Assembly: GCA_030141605.1 (NCBI GenBank)
Contig: JAQGDQ010000011.1
Location: forward strand, 62,001 to 126,000
Direction of reading: 5' to 3'
Source: Tubiluchus corallicola
Lineage: Eukaryota > Animalia > Priapulida
DNA length: 64,000 bases
Numbering within the stretch: position 1 is the stretch's first letter; each line of letters begins with the position of its first letter. A program made the position numbers and the translations under genes. This document shows, in pieces, positions 1-22,872 of the stretch. Below the pieces are notes generated by a model. That model worked only from the letters and a program-made list of their open reading frames with translations. It made no database searches and was not told the origin of the DNA.

Positions 1-11022
<11,022 letters not shown>

Positions 11023-13448
11023 CGGCTAGCCAACCTGTTTGAAACTTCGTGGTGCTCACTCTAGTCAGATAACAAGCTTGTCGGGTAGATCTCAATGGTG
11101 TGATTATATGATCTACTCATCCCAACCGTGTTGTGATAGTCATTTCTTTGTTCATTAGTTGGGAAATTCGATGTATTCGAGTGTGATTATCAGCAGTGGC
11201 TAGCCGAAGGCAATGGTATTAGGTTTGTCTTGTAGTCTTCTGTGGCAAAAAAGTTGCACTAAAGTGTGCTATACGTGCGTCAGTCTACCGACCATCTACA
11301 CGCCAGGATTACCTGGTCTAATAATACTGCAGAAAATCTTTGTATCTTTATGGGATGATAGTGACCAGTGTCTCTGGCCCACTAATGTCCAGCCAAATGT
11401 GCGTTTTTCTTTCATGAAATGATTCTGAATTTTACAAAGTTGCCTGTTGCCATGACGATCTTACGTAACCGCTACACTTTTCCGTTCATGTACTGATGAG
11501 TGCAGCTGGTTTAATGCACCAGGTAAACGAATAATTCCAGTGGAATTTTTCAGCTGCCACTTTGTAATCATTTGAGAAAATCCTTTAGTGACTATCCAAA
11601 GGCAAAAATCACCGGACAAACCTCACAAATTCGGAAAATGTTCAAGTTTTAATGCACAGCGACTTTTTGCACTAAGCAGTTTTATTACGAGGCCTCTGTT
11701 GTTATTGAGTTTACAGTGAGGGAGGCCGTGATAAGACAGATTTTAAAACCTTGTAATATAATGTAAACAGTAGTGAAGCCGGTATCTGTTGACAGTGTGT
11801 TGTGAAAGCGTGTGTCTAAACTGCTTATGCGGTTATGTTAGGTGTTTACTGCGCGATTTATCATCACTTCTGGGTGAACCTTGTAAGTCCTGTGACTAAT
11901 CAGGCTATGATATTGGAGCCTATATTAGGAGCCTGTAATTTTGTAAATATGTATTGTGTATACAATTGTTCACACTCTTGAGCTGCAAACATCAAGAAAT
12001 CTTTAGCACCAGTAATGGAATTGATTTTTAAGTTAGAAAGCATTGGTTAGTTAGCTAATTCTTTGATTTTTTTCATGACATTCCCATTTATGATAATGGA
12101 ACATTTAACTAAAAAGCTTTTTGCAGTATGCCTCCTAGTATCCATCAAGATTATGCAAAAGCATGCCATTTAACACTATTCTTAATGCAGTGGAATAATG
12201 TCAGTAACTTTTTTGCAGAACTTTAGTACCGAATATGTGATTAGTATTTGCTGTTGTGTTGCGGTGCCAAAGTGCTAATAATTCTTTCAATTTTAAATCC
12301 TTGTGGTCACCTAAATCTAATTTGCAAGCATTTAAAATATTTGGGTGAAAATACATCAGCAGGAAAACGTGTAAGAAGAATTGTTCAATTTATATGTATA
12401 TAACTCGAGTACTGTCATTGTTAAGGTCATTGTATCTTGGTTGTGTAGTATTTATTAAACAGGTGGTTTTAGTAAAGCTATTGTTGCAGCTGGTAACAAA
12501 TTTTAAATCTGACCCCCAATATTATTTGCAATGAGCAAACGATTCATCAGTGTAATTATTGCGATGTGGTCCGCATTTAATTGTTTTGATTTTACTCGAA
12601 ATAATTTATCAGACTAAATTTGTAGCATTTTATTAAGTTATTTTTGTCTATCTTCTCGTGTAATTGAAAACGAATGTATTCTAAATAATCATAGCTGAAA
12701 ATGGGCCTAATCTTTGCCCAGTAATCCATTCTGCCCCCCAATTTCCATTTTATGGCAGTCTAACTGGTTTTATTTATTTATGATAGTATCACCTAATATA
12801 TGGATATGTATACATGTGATTGTATATATCTATGTATGTATGTACAGTATAATAATTATCAATACAGGGTGGGGCAAAAGTCGGATGCAGTTGTAAATAT
12901 ATGCAGTAACCATTGTACATTCTGTTTTATTACCGCTGCTGTAAAGACTTGCCTCAGCCTTTAATGTAATGTAGATTTTTGGTGCATATTATTTATGTAT
13001 GTATGTATAATATTATATAGACACATATGCAAATATAGTTACAAATTATTGCGTGTGTGTGCATGTGTGTGTGTGTCTGTATCATGTTTTAATACAAAAT
13101 TTTTAAATGCACTGCCTTCCAAACTTCTTTGCCATGTCATCCTTCCGACACTTTGTCTTTCAATTCTTTACAGATGCCTGGCTGAAATGATACCATTTAC
13201 TAAAAATTTGTTTTAAACATTACCATCTTCAACAAGGAGTAGCTTGTTCAAGTTGGAGTGCAATAAAAAATTTTCAATAGCCAAGTTTGCACACTAATTT
13301 CACCATGAAGGGCAGTGATAGGTCTTGCTACACATGTAATTAGGTTCGATTACACAATAGGCTACTGTTAGTGTTGATTTTATTTTGTCTGTGCTTGTTC
13401 TGTAAATGATTATCAGTCCTGTATAGTAAAATGGCTGCGTGTTTGTGA

Positions 13449-13454
13449 AATAAA
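13449..13454 (+). terminator. Candidate polyadenylation signal of the insulin receptor (about 2.4-kb 3' UTR)
   Basis: AATAAA followed by a U/GU-rich tract (tcgttctttgtttg); transposon debris starts shortly afterwards. Confidence 0.4.
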
Positions 13455-13857
13455 TAATCGTGGCCCAACAAAATCTTTATCGTTCTTTGTTTGCACCTAA
13501 TCTACATATAGAATTTACCGTATATACTTATGTACAAGTCGATGTGCGTTGTGTTGTTCTCGGCTTTGGCTATTATCATTACAATTATGGCAACAAGGTT
13601 ATGAAACCGTTCGGTAACATGTTATTATAAAAGGGATACAAAACACAGTCATGACAGCACAGTAAAATATACAAAGTTTATTCAAGTTAATTATTTGACT
13701 GAGTGCCATATAAAAAAATAATAAGATGGCGTACGTAGTATCAGATGTCAGGTTCTCTCTTCTTCGTGTTTCCACGAAGCTTGCGTCTCTCCTTCCTGCG
13801 CTTAATTCTGCCAAGCCCTACGTCACTGTTAGCGTGACGTCACTGATGTCTCACGAT

Positions 13858-14165
13858 TCAACGTTCCATTAAATAGATTACGATTGTAATTTGCTTGTTT
13901 TTTATGTGAGTTTTGAGAGCAATAATTCTTGAATTTATAACAGTATACGTGCAATTAAAATCCACCGAATGAACAAAACCCACTCCAGCATGAGCGCTTG
14001 TGTCATCTCCATGCAAAAATATTTTATACTTGTTATCTAAGGAATAATTCTCTGTTGATTTCACATGAGTTTCTTGTAATGCCAAAAACGCCAATCCATA
14101 TTTGTCTAGATCTTTTAAAAGATTTGTTTCCTTCAATTTTGTTCTGAAGCCTAGAACACTGAATG
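13858..14165 (-). mobile_element. LINE AP-endonuclease fragment
   Basis: ORF 13858-14196 contains LALQETH, AHAGVGF and NSRIIAL...ITIVIY, typical of a non-LTR APE N-terminus. Confidence 0.8.
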
Positions 14166-14299
14166 AACTTATTATATCAGCATTATGATGACCCATGTTT
14201 TTTTCGATCTTCTAATTCTACGGCTATAACTAAGCATACAACTACAACAAGCCAAGCAGCATATCAACCAACATATTTGTTCTATCGGAATTTACTGAT

Positions 14300-14840
14300 T
14301 AGTAAACCAAAGAGATTAGCATCAGAGGTACTCGAAATGCAAATAAACAGTGTACATAAAAGGTCATGGTATAATGAAGTAGTTGAGACTGCAAAAAATA
14401 TACCATAGACGCTAATAAAGAAAGGGTGAAGGTCATGAAAAAGTCTGAATGGAAGAAAGAAATAAAGAATAAGATTGAATGTTGTATAAAGAGTGAATGT
14501 GCAGAAAAATGCAGGAGCAGCACTAAATTAAGATTTTTTAAGGCATACCGAGTGGAAACGACAAAATTACATAGACACATGCAAGCCAGAAGAGGTTAAA
14601 GATATATTGAAAATAAGACTGAATATGATTAAAGTTAAAGGGAACTAAAAGAATGAGTTTAAGGATCAGTTATTATGCCCAGTGGGTGAGGAAGATGATG
14701 ACACTGCTGAACATATGCTTAGATGTTATAGATATGGAGAATGGAAAAAAAACGAATGTATGGAATACACGATAAAGACAAATAAAGATATTAAACTTGG
14801 AAAAGACAAATAAAAGATCAGCGTTAAAGAAGAATAGACT
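14300..14840 (+). mobile_element. Degenerate C-terminal (Cys/His) region of a second LINE
   Basis: Broken translation ...EVKDILKIRLNMIKVKGN*KNEFKDQLLCPVGEEDDDTAEHMLRC, resembling the C-terminal zinc-knuckle region after non-LTR RT. Confidence 0.5.
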
Positions 14841-14889
14841 TTGCACCCTATAAAGGTGCCCGCCTCTGATAGGTGGAGAGAGTCGAGTA

Positions 14890-16131
14890 TCGCAATCGCA
14901 ACCAGGACGGAATACTACTGAATTAGTACAAGCCTGTAAATTACTAGCCAAAAAAGCCATCTTTTCTGCTGATTACTCAATATATATTCTCATGATCGAT
15001 ATGTCAAAGGCCCTTGATTGCGTATTGAGAAAAACTCTGCTTTGCTGTCTGGAAGAAATCTTTGAACCTTATGAAATGTACATCATAAGTATAATGTTAG
15101 AAAATTTATTAATTCAAGTCAGGTGTGAAGGGAAAATGAATTGGCCGTTTTCTACAAACAAAGGAGTACCTCAGGGTGACTGCCTAAGACCTGTACTTTT
15201 TACTTTATATCTTGCCATAGCTCTCACTGAGGACAAAGTTATACCATTGAAAGACCTAGAAGATCACAACTACACAATTCTTGATCCTGAATTAATACCG
15301 AATGAAGTAAAACAAGAACACAGTTACAGCTCTCTACAAAGTAAGTCAACTACTATATCTATGCAGTATGCTGATGATGTGGCATGCATTACAAGAAACA
15401 AAGAAGTAGATGAAAATAAAAAACTCAATAGAGGAGTAACTGAACAGAATGGATCTCGTTGTAAACAAAAATAAAACTGAAGAGTTTCACATAACACTCC
15501 ATGGTGATGAATCATGGCAAAGATGCAAGTATCTCGGTAGTCTGCTGGCAACAGAAGACGACATATCAAGACGGGAGATAATGGCGTTATCAGCTTACTC
15601 AAAACTCACAAAAGTTTTTGAGAATAGGAAGATTTCTTTGGAAACAAAAATTAGAATATTCTCAGCCTTAGTTGAAACTGTATTTCTGTATAACTCTGAA
15701 CTCTGGACATTAAAAGCAAATCATAAAGCTAAAATTGATGTGTTTCAAAGATGAAATTACAGAAACATTTTGGGTATTAGATGGCCAAAGAAAATTTCAA
15801 ACAAAGATCTATATGAAAAAATAAAAGAAGAACCATGGATAAGAAAAATAAAAAGATGCCGTTTAAGATGGATTGGGCATATGCTTAGACTACCTGATGA
15901 CATTCCAGTGAAGATAGCTCTTCAACAAACAATAGAACCAGCTAAAAAGCCTGCAGGAGGACAAATGTTTATGTACTTAGATTTTGCACAGAAAGATTTA
16001 TACACTTCAGCATTGATCCTTAGAAATAAATGCACTTGGGGCATTGCGTCAAGCAGGGAGTCCTGGCATAGGGAGGTGAGCAGAATCATGTCCCTAGACG
16101 TATGATTCATTGGATGATGATGATGATGATA
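14890..16131 (+). mobile_element. Degenerate RTE-group LINE: RT and 3' end with (TGA)n tail
   Basis: PGRNTTE, IDMSKALD, GVPQGDCLRPVLFTLYL, QYADD, CKYLGS, FLYNSELW, RLRWIGHMLRL, split by a frameshift near 15420-15450 and a stop near 15752; ends in ggatgatgatgatgatgat. Confidence 0.9.
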
Positions 16132-17474
16132 TGTTCCATTAAACATTATTGCTGCCTGGTTAAATTTTCGTTTTTCTCGTCATTGCTGTATCTGTTTCAC
16201 TTGTCTTTTCATATTGTCTTGTGCCGCTCAAACAATGCTTCTGACGAAAAGTGATTACTTTAGCATTTTGCAGAAGGATAAAATTGTAAGTATACAATTT
16301 ATTCTTAGGTGTGATCCACCAGAAAAGATTTGCACACCAAGTCAAACACACTAGATGAGCTAGTATGAGTTACAATGGTAACACTAAAACAGTTATAATC
16401 ATCCCAAGAATGCCCGAAAGCCGCTCCATAGCTCCCCCAATCCAGACTTAATAACATAGTTCTCAGGAGATATTTAGTCTAATTATTGCCTTTAACAACT
16501 GTCTATATATTAACCTAAAAAGTTGTAGCTATAGCAGCTTACCTGCTGATAAGAGATTTGATTCGCGGGAGTGCTCCATGGTCCGTGCATGATCTTGTTC
16601 ACACATCCTAATATTACACCTTACACGTCTCTCATGGTTTCCATGCAGCTGCAGCTTAATAAGTAAATTTATTGCTTGCTTATTTGATATATTCCAAGAT
16701 TATTTGCTTGTTTATGATGTGGCATTTCAACTCTACCGATTTGAATAGGAGACTGCTGGCTTTAATGGTAATTCCCGTTTTTTCGCCAACTGTTGCTCCA
16801 AGGTAAGATCACACAAAATGCGATTGCAGTGAGGTAGAACATACACCCTTTGTCCAAAATAGAATCGTCACCTTACGCTATGAAAAAAAATCATTGGGAA
16901 CTTACCCAGCACTTAGAATGCGGGGGTGGGGGGCTGTGCGTTTGAACAGCCGCATGAAAACTGAATTAGATTCCGAGAGCTACTCAATGCTTTTGGCTAA
17001 TGAGGTCGATAAAGTTAGAAATTTCCAGCTTGGAGACAGTGGCAGACTGGGTCTAAACTTTATACCGAGAAAACTTGTAAAAGGACCGTGTCAAAAGGAT
17101 CAAAGCACTTAATTCCAAAACGTAGTCAAAGGAATTAAATAAAAATAAAGGTAAGGCAAATAAAATGTTAAATTTATTCAATATTGTTATATTTATTTAT
17201 GTTAATGCGTGCATTATCTTATGGTTTATAATTATATGTTTTTACCTGGTGGACTTGAAGAAACTAATATTGTAACTTCACATAAAATACAGTAAGATTA
17301 GTGATAGGGCTAATTCTCACCTTTTCTCTGTCTATCTGTTTATTTATCCCCCCTCTCTCTTTCTGTTTCTGCCTCTCCCCTCTTTCACTCTTCCTTCCTT
17401 TCTTTCTGAGGCACCAAATAACCTTCAAACTGTCAGTGTTATTTCTAATGTTTTTAAATTTCTTTCTCGTTTAG

Positions 17475-17520
17475 TACTAGCTGTCACATTTAACATATAA
17501 CAGTGATTTGCTTCCAGGAG
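17475..17520 (+). other. Candidate non-coding 5' UTR exon of IDUA
   Basis: Strong acceptor tttctttctcgtttag and strong donor GAG|GTAAGT. The IDUA ATG sits directly after an acceptor AG, so an upstream exon is implied. A further donor CAAG|GTAAG lies at 16802. Confidence 0.4.
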
Positions 17521-18379
17521 GTAAGTGAAAATTATGCAGCTGCTGCCAACCAACTATCAACCTTATGTGTAAGTTGGTGTAACACAGGCTGTCGCCCAGC
17601 AATAAAACGCTGATAGCTTTGTTTACTAATGGAAATTACTAATGGGGTGACGAAGGGTTAAACAATTACTGGTGTGTTTTCTGAAATCAAAAGACAATGC
17701 GTGTGTGAAATATACCGACGTCAGTTATTTATTTTCAAAGTGATGGTCACTTTGGGGCTCTCCGGGAAATTTCCCGAATTTTAGACATTGCTGATATAGT
17801 TTTCAGCAATGTCTAAACTACGTTTTGATATGCAGTCATATTTATGCTGGTACTGCTAAAAGATTTCCATAGTTCTTTACATTTCATAATGCTTTAATTT
17901 TTTTGTGTATAATAACTGCAATCTCAACAGTTCCGAAAAACTTAATGTAATTGTAACGCATTGTTTTAGTTTAGAATACTTCTGATGGTCAAGGTAAGTA
18001 AGGTTTACATACTAACGTATATTATTGCTATGGACTATCATGGTCATACAGCGTGTGCCATAAGGAATGTGGTCGTGTACACGGTTTTGACGGTAGTGCA
18101 TACGAAAAAGGGATATCCCATATTGCGGAACTGGATCGTTGGAAATACTTTCTTCAATTCAGTTCTTCTTCTTCGAAATAATGCGTTAACTTCAGCAATT
18201 TTAAGGCTGTAACACATGGTTGTGCTTTTAGCTTACGAGTGCCGTGCCAGTACCATAATAAAAGAGGTAGCAATAATCCAAAGCTCCTTAAGGTACTCCA
18301 TTTGCGGTGGTTTACCTTAATCCAGTTTAGATCCTGGATTAAGTACTCCTGAATAAGTTGAGAGTGCCAAGCTGGACTA

Positions 18380-20290
18380 TTCACTCTGGTAGGTGATTCC
18401 ATTCTTTTGCGGTGCGTAAGAAAAAAAAGAGTGAAGGTGATAATCACAAGAAAAATGTGGTATGTTGTATGCAAATGAATTCTCCGTACCTGAAGGAATA
18501 GTGTGACACTTTGCCTGGAAAGGCATTTCGACAACTACCAGGTAGTTGTGGATTTTGTAAAACATTACGAGCCTAGCCATCCTGTGTCGCTTGGCTAATG
18601 GGCACCAGTTGAACTCTGTCATCATGGCAGCCAAACTTAGTGTTCTCCTATAGTGATTCAGGGTAAACCTTGCAGCTCTTCTCTGAACTGGTTCCAACTT
18701 TGTTACTAAACTGACGGTATGTGGATCCCAAACAGTCTGGCTATGCTCAGTTGTCGGGTGCACAAGGCTCATGTATGCTGAATCTTTGATTTGTATGTTT
18801 GTAGGGCGCCGAGTAACCCACTTGCCGAAGTAGGACACTTCCGGCAAAAAGCATGTGCTGAATTTGCGGAAAAGCAGTGTCGTACATGGGCAGTCCAAGG
18901 AGGGCACTGGCGATTTATGACGGGAAACGAGAATTATGATGACATAATAAGACATAAAACTAAATTTGTTTTAGGGAAAAAGTAACTTTATAGTCCTTGA
19001 CAATTTACAAAATTAATGCATTTTTTACAATAGTATCATCAGTATCATTAGCTGCATTAAAATCATTATAACATTATACTAAGTATCTAATGCTTTAAAG
19101 AGAGAAACTATGCACACTGTTATAACAGAAAGAATTACGAGTTTAAAAATGAAACAGATGCTGCTAAGCCTTCACAACACAAAAATGTAATTTTTAACAT
19201 TTAGGAAAAGCATAGACAATTTTTTTTAATAATGTCAATAATATTGTAACATGTAGGGAACTGTCGTACATGGCTCGCTAGCCCATGTAAAGCACATAGG
19301 TCGCTAGAACATTTACTTATTAGAAAGCAATTATTTGTCCAACAAGTAGTGAAACGGATCATCTGTCTGTGAAGCGAGACAAAATAAAAAAATGATATAC
19401 CTTAAACAAATGTTGAAATCGCTAAAAAGTGGGTTTATTTCATTTCACTAACATTAATATCAGAGCCAAATTTAATATTGTCCGTTCTACTAGCTCAGAA
19501 TAAAATTCTTTTATTTTATCAGATGTATAATAAATTATTCAACGTGTATTGACATTTTTAATATGCTTAACGACTCAATTCGCGACCTAGTTTCTAGTGT
19601 CCTACTGGGGCAGCCCATGTACGACACGTGCTACTTGGGCTAGCCCATGTACGACGCGTCCTACTTTGGGTAGCCCATGTCGCCAGTTGTCCTACTTCGG
19701 CTAGTGGGTTACTCGGCGCCCAACATGTTGTTAACATCAATATTTCGTTGTAAAAAGCCAAGAGTTGGCTTTAGATGTAACCGATCTATGTGGTTAGTCA
19801 ACCTGAGATCATGAGACGTAATGATGCCAAGGTACTTGACTGAGTCCACATGCTTTAGCAGATGTCCTTGAAGCATATATTGGTATCTCTCTGGGTTCAT
19901 TTTCCTTGTTATACTGATGACTTTATTCTTGTCAGGATGAAATTCCATCTTCCATTTGCTTGACCTGGCTACAAGATTATCCAGATCCTCTTGAAGTATT
20001 CTAGCATGCATCTTGTTCATTCTTTACTGCTAAGTAAGATATGGTGTCGTCAGCAAACCGGCGCACTTTAGACCACAAACCTTCTGCGATGTCATTTATG
20101 TGGAAGGGGAATAGACACGGCCTAAGTATGGATCCTTGAGAAACTCCAGATTTAACAGAGGCTGTAGTCTTTGATGCACCATCGACTACAACAGATTAAG
20201 TTCAATAACTCACTAAGCTCCCTATTCAGGTATTCGCCATACCATTAACAGCATACGAGTGAAGTTTCCTGATTAAATACCTATGGCTTA
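18380..20290 (-). mobile_element. Degenerate CR1/L2-group LINE RT and 3' region, interrupted by a DNA element
   Basis: SVKSGVSQGS, RRFADD, LQEDLDNL, WKMEFHPDK, KYLGI, LGFLQRN, AYMSLV, VWDPH, VQRRAARF in successive broken frames. Confidence 0.85.
18800..19725. mobile_element. 926-bp non-autonomous TIR element with TGT...ACA ends and a 4-bp TSD (Ginger-like)
   Basis: 38-bp TIR TGTAGGGCGCCGAGTAACCCACTTGCCGAAGTAGGACA with 2 mismatches to the right end; TSD TGTT at 18796-18799 and 19726-19729; internal repeats GTCGTACATGG/CCATGTACGAC. Confidence 0.85.
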
Positions 20291-20329
20291 CCAAATGTCG
20301 TCCTGATAGCAGTGTTTATTTATCTTGAG

Positions 20330-20680
20330 GGCAGATTCTTTTATTTTAGAATTCAGCCTGCCGAATGTCTACAACAGATTCGACGTATAGATACCACTAC
20401 ATTCAATGGTATAGATTCAACTTGTATGCGGTCCCTTCTCATATTCAGTTTAGATTTATCGATAGATATTGCATTTACAGTATCGGCTGCGAGTGAGTTC
20501 CATGGTTAAACAATATTCATGGAACTCAACTTGCTTCTAAGTTTGCCCACTTTATCTGTAGTAATTACTTCTGGCAGAGCATTCCAGATGTCGCTGACTT
20601 GATGACAAACTAATGCTTTCTCATATCTGTTTGGCAGTGTGGCTTAAATAACTGGCTCACTTGCAGTTTAGGTGGTTCAT
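20330..20680 (-). mobile_element. CR1-type LINE 3'-end fragments
   Basis: Minus-strand remnants ...DMRKH...DIWNALP and PWNSLAADTVNA, typical of CR1 ORF2 C-termini. Confidence 0.45.
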
Positions 20681-21539
20681 AATTTATTGCATATATCAAT
20701 GCAATATATGCAATATATATATTTACACATATATGTGTGTGTATGTGCGTGTGTGCGTGCATGTGCAAAGCCTATCTACTATGGCCACACGGCTACAACT
20801 GCCTACAAGGTCTGCATGCAGCTAGATATCGCGACACATCTACATGCCGCTACAACTGTCACGGAATTCTACCTTTTCCTAATCCTAATGCAAAAATGAA
20901 TGTTCAAACCTAATGAATCGTTTTTAGGCAGGAATATAGAATAAGGTAGTAAATAAAAAATGTGACGCTGTCTGTCACTGCAGAATTTGTTCTGTTGTAT
21001 TAATGCAAAGTTTCATGATCAATTGCGAATTGGTGATGCCTCAGACTGCATTTCGAAAGGGAAACAAAAGTTGCGAAATAACGTTGATAGAGGATGCCAC
21101 TGGTGGGAAATACACAATTTGCTGAATGGCTGATGTTTAGGATTGTAGGAAGTCATGTGATAGTCTTTTTACTTTCCAGTAAGTTCACACTTTTTTAGTA
21201 AACCATTGCTTGTTTCTGTTCTGTGGCGCAGAGTAGTAAATACAAGTAAGAACTTTCTGGAAATTCTAAATTGGAAATATTTTGGTAAAACGCCCAATAT
21301 TTGTTCGTTTTTGTGATGCGACACCAACTTTTAAAAAATTAAATCTTTTTTTAAATATGAGGTAGATCGTTATTTTCTTTACATTGGTATGCACATACAT
21401 GATGCATCTTTTTATTGGAGCACTGGTTTCTGTGATATTTTTGAGTTGTGCAATCTGGGAATGCGTTAAAAAACCACCTAAACTACAAACTATCCAATTA
21501 CAAAGAAATTGAAAGTACTTTTGACATTGCTGGAGAAAA

Positions 21540-22166
21540 ATTCAAATTATATCATACATAGCTTTTAAAACTGGCTAATAAAGTATTAGTTGCTCAGCCA
21601 CTAGTGTGCCTATTAATTGAGAGGGTCTTCAGTCAAAGTGGTTTGTTTGTAAGAACACAAAGGTTTGTCAAAAATTTGACTTTGCAAAATTACTAATAAA
21701 GTATAAAACCGTTTGTAAAATATCGTGTCTTGCACAAACAGTCTGATGTATTGTAAAATTTAAAATGTGAATTCACCCAATAAATTTAGTATGTTGGCAA
21801 GCGAAATAACAACAATATTAACAAGAATAGTTTATTGCTATTAAAGAGGAACTTGAGAATCGATTAAATCCTGGATCACTTTGACTTGAAACTCGATTTG
21901 CAGTTGAAAATGGCCATTCAAACATGACTTGGGACTTGATGCAAATGTAGACGTAGCAGCTTGAGACTTGACTCGGACTTGGATTTAATGACACGAGACT
22001 TGAGTTGTACTTGTACTTGAGCATAATGACTCTAGACTTGACTGGGACTTGGACCATAGTGACTCGGACCTGAGCAATAAGAACTGAGGACCCAACTTGG
22101 ACATGGGCCATAGTGACTTGGGCTCGACTTGGACTTGAGCTGAAAGACTTGAGTGCTACAACACTG
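21540..22166 (+). mobile_element. hAT transposon relic: dimerization-domain fragment plus GACTTG-repeat terminus
   Basis: Frameshifted LKLANKVLVA-ATSVPI-ERVFSQSGLFVR (21565-21663) matches the hAT PATSxxxERxFS motif; a subterminal gacttg/gactcg array (about 21880-22150) ends in ...ctacaacactg. Confidence 0.65.
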
Positions 22167-22872
22167 CCATGCACACTTCTTTGTAGATCTCTCTTTTCTT
22201 AACAGTGCCTGATAAAATCTTGTAATCCCTAAAATTACAACTGAAGAGTAAAATCTCTTTCAACGATTGTGCACTTGAATTGTTCATTTCTGTCCATTGG
22301 GTTTGCTTAATTAAAAAAATCTCATTTTAAACTTACTCTCTTTTCTTGCAATTTATTTGCACTCATTTGCAATATCTTGTATTTGAAATTTTTTTTAAGA
22401 TTCATCAGCTGAGCAAAAGACTTTGTCCAATAGAAGAACCTGTGGAAACAACCTGCTACGCCTAGATAAAACCGTTTTACAGTTTGGGCAAATTCCAAAC
22501 ATTAACTATTGGAAATGCCACCTGGCATGAAAAAGAGGGCGTGTCCTGGAAAAACCTATACTATGGTAAGCCTATATATGTATTAGCTATATTTTAACGT
22601 AAGAGCTATCATTATTTTCTAATTGGTATTGCCTATCACTGGCTTCCGCTGGTATGTTAGTTATATACTGTAGTGTCTGGTATATTGCTGCAAATCTTAC
22701 TTCTGTAACAATGCTATTGATAATTATGATTGCAGTCATCATTTATGTGCATCATGTATTTTTGCAGTTTTTTTTTTGTCTTTTGATATTAATTAGTTTA
22801 TCAAGGTTTTGGGCTTCCATCAGTGCAGCAACAGCTTCTGTCCAGTTTTCTAAATGCATTCTTCCCTTTTAG

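Noticed and set aside
21818-22174. 118-aa Ser/Val/Gln-rich ORF
   Set aside because: Antisense translation of the GACTTG subterminal repeat of a hAT relic.
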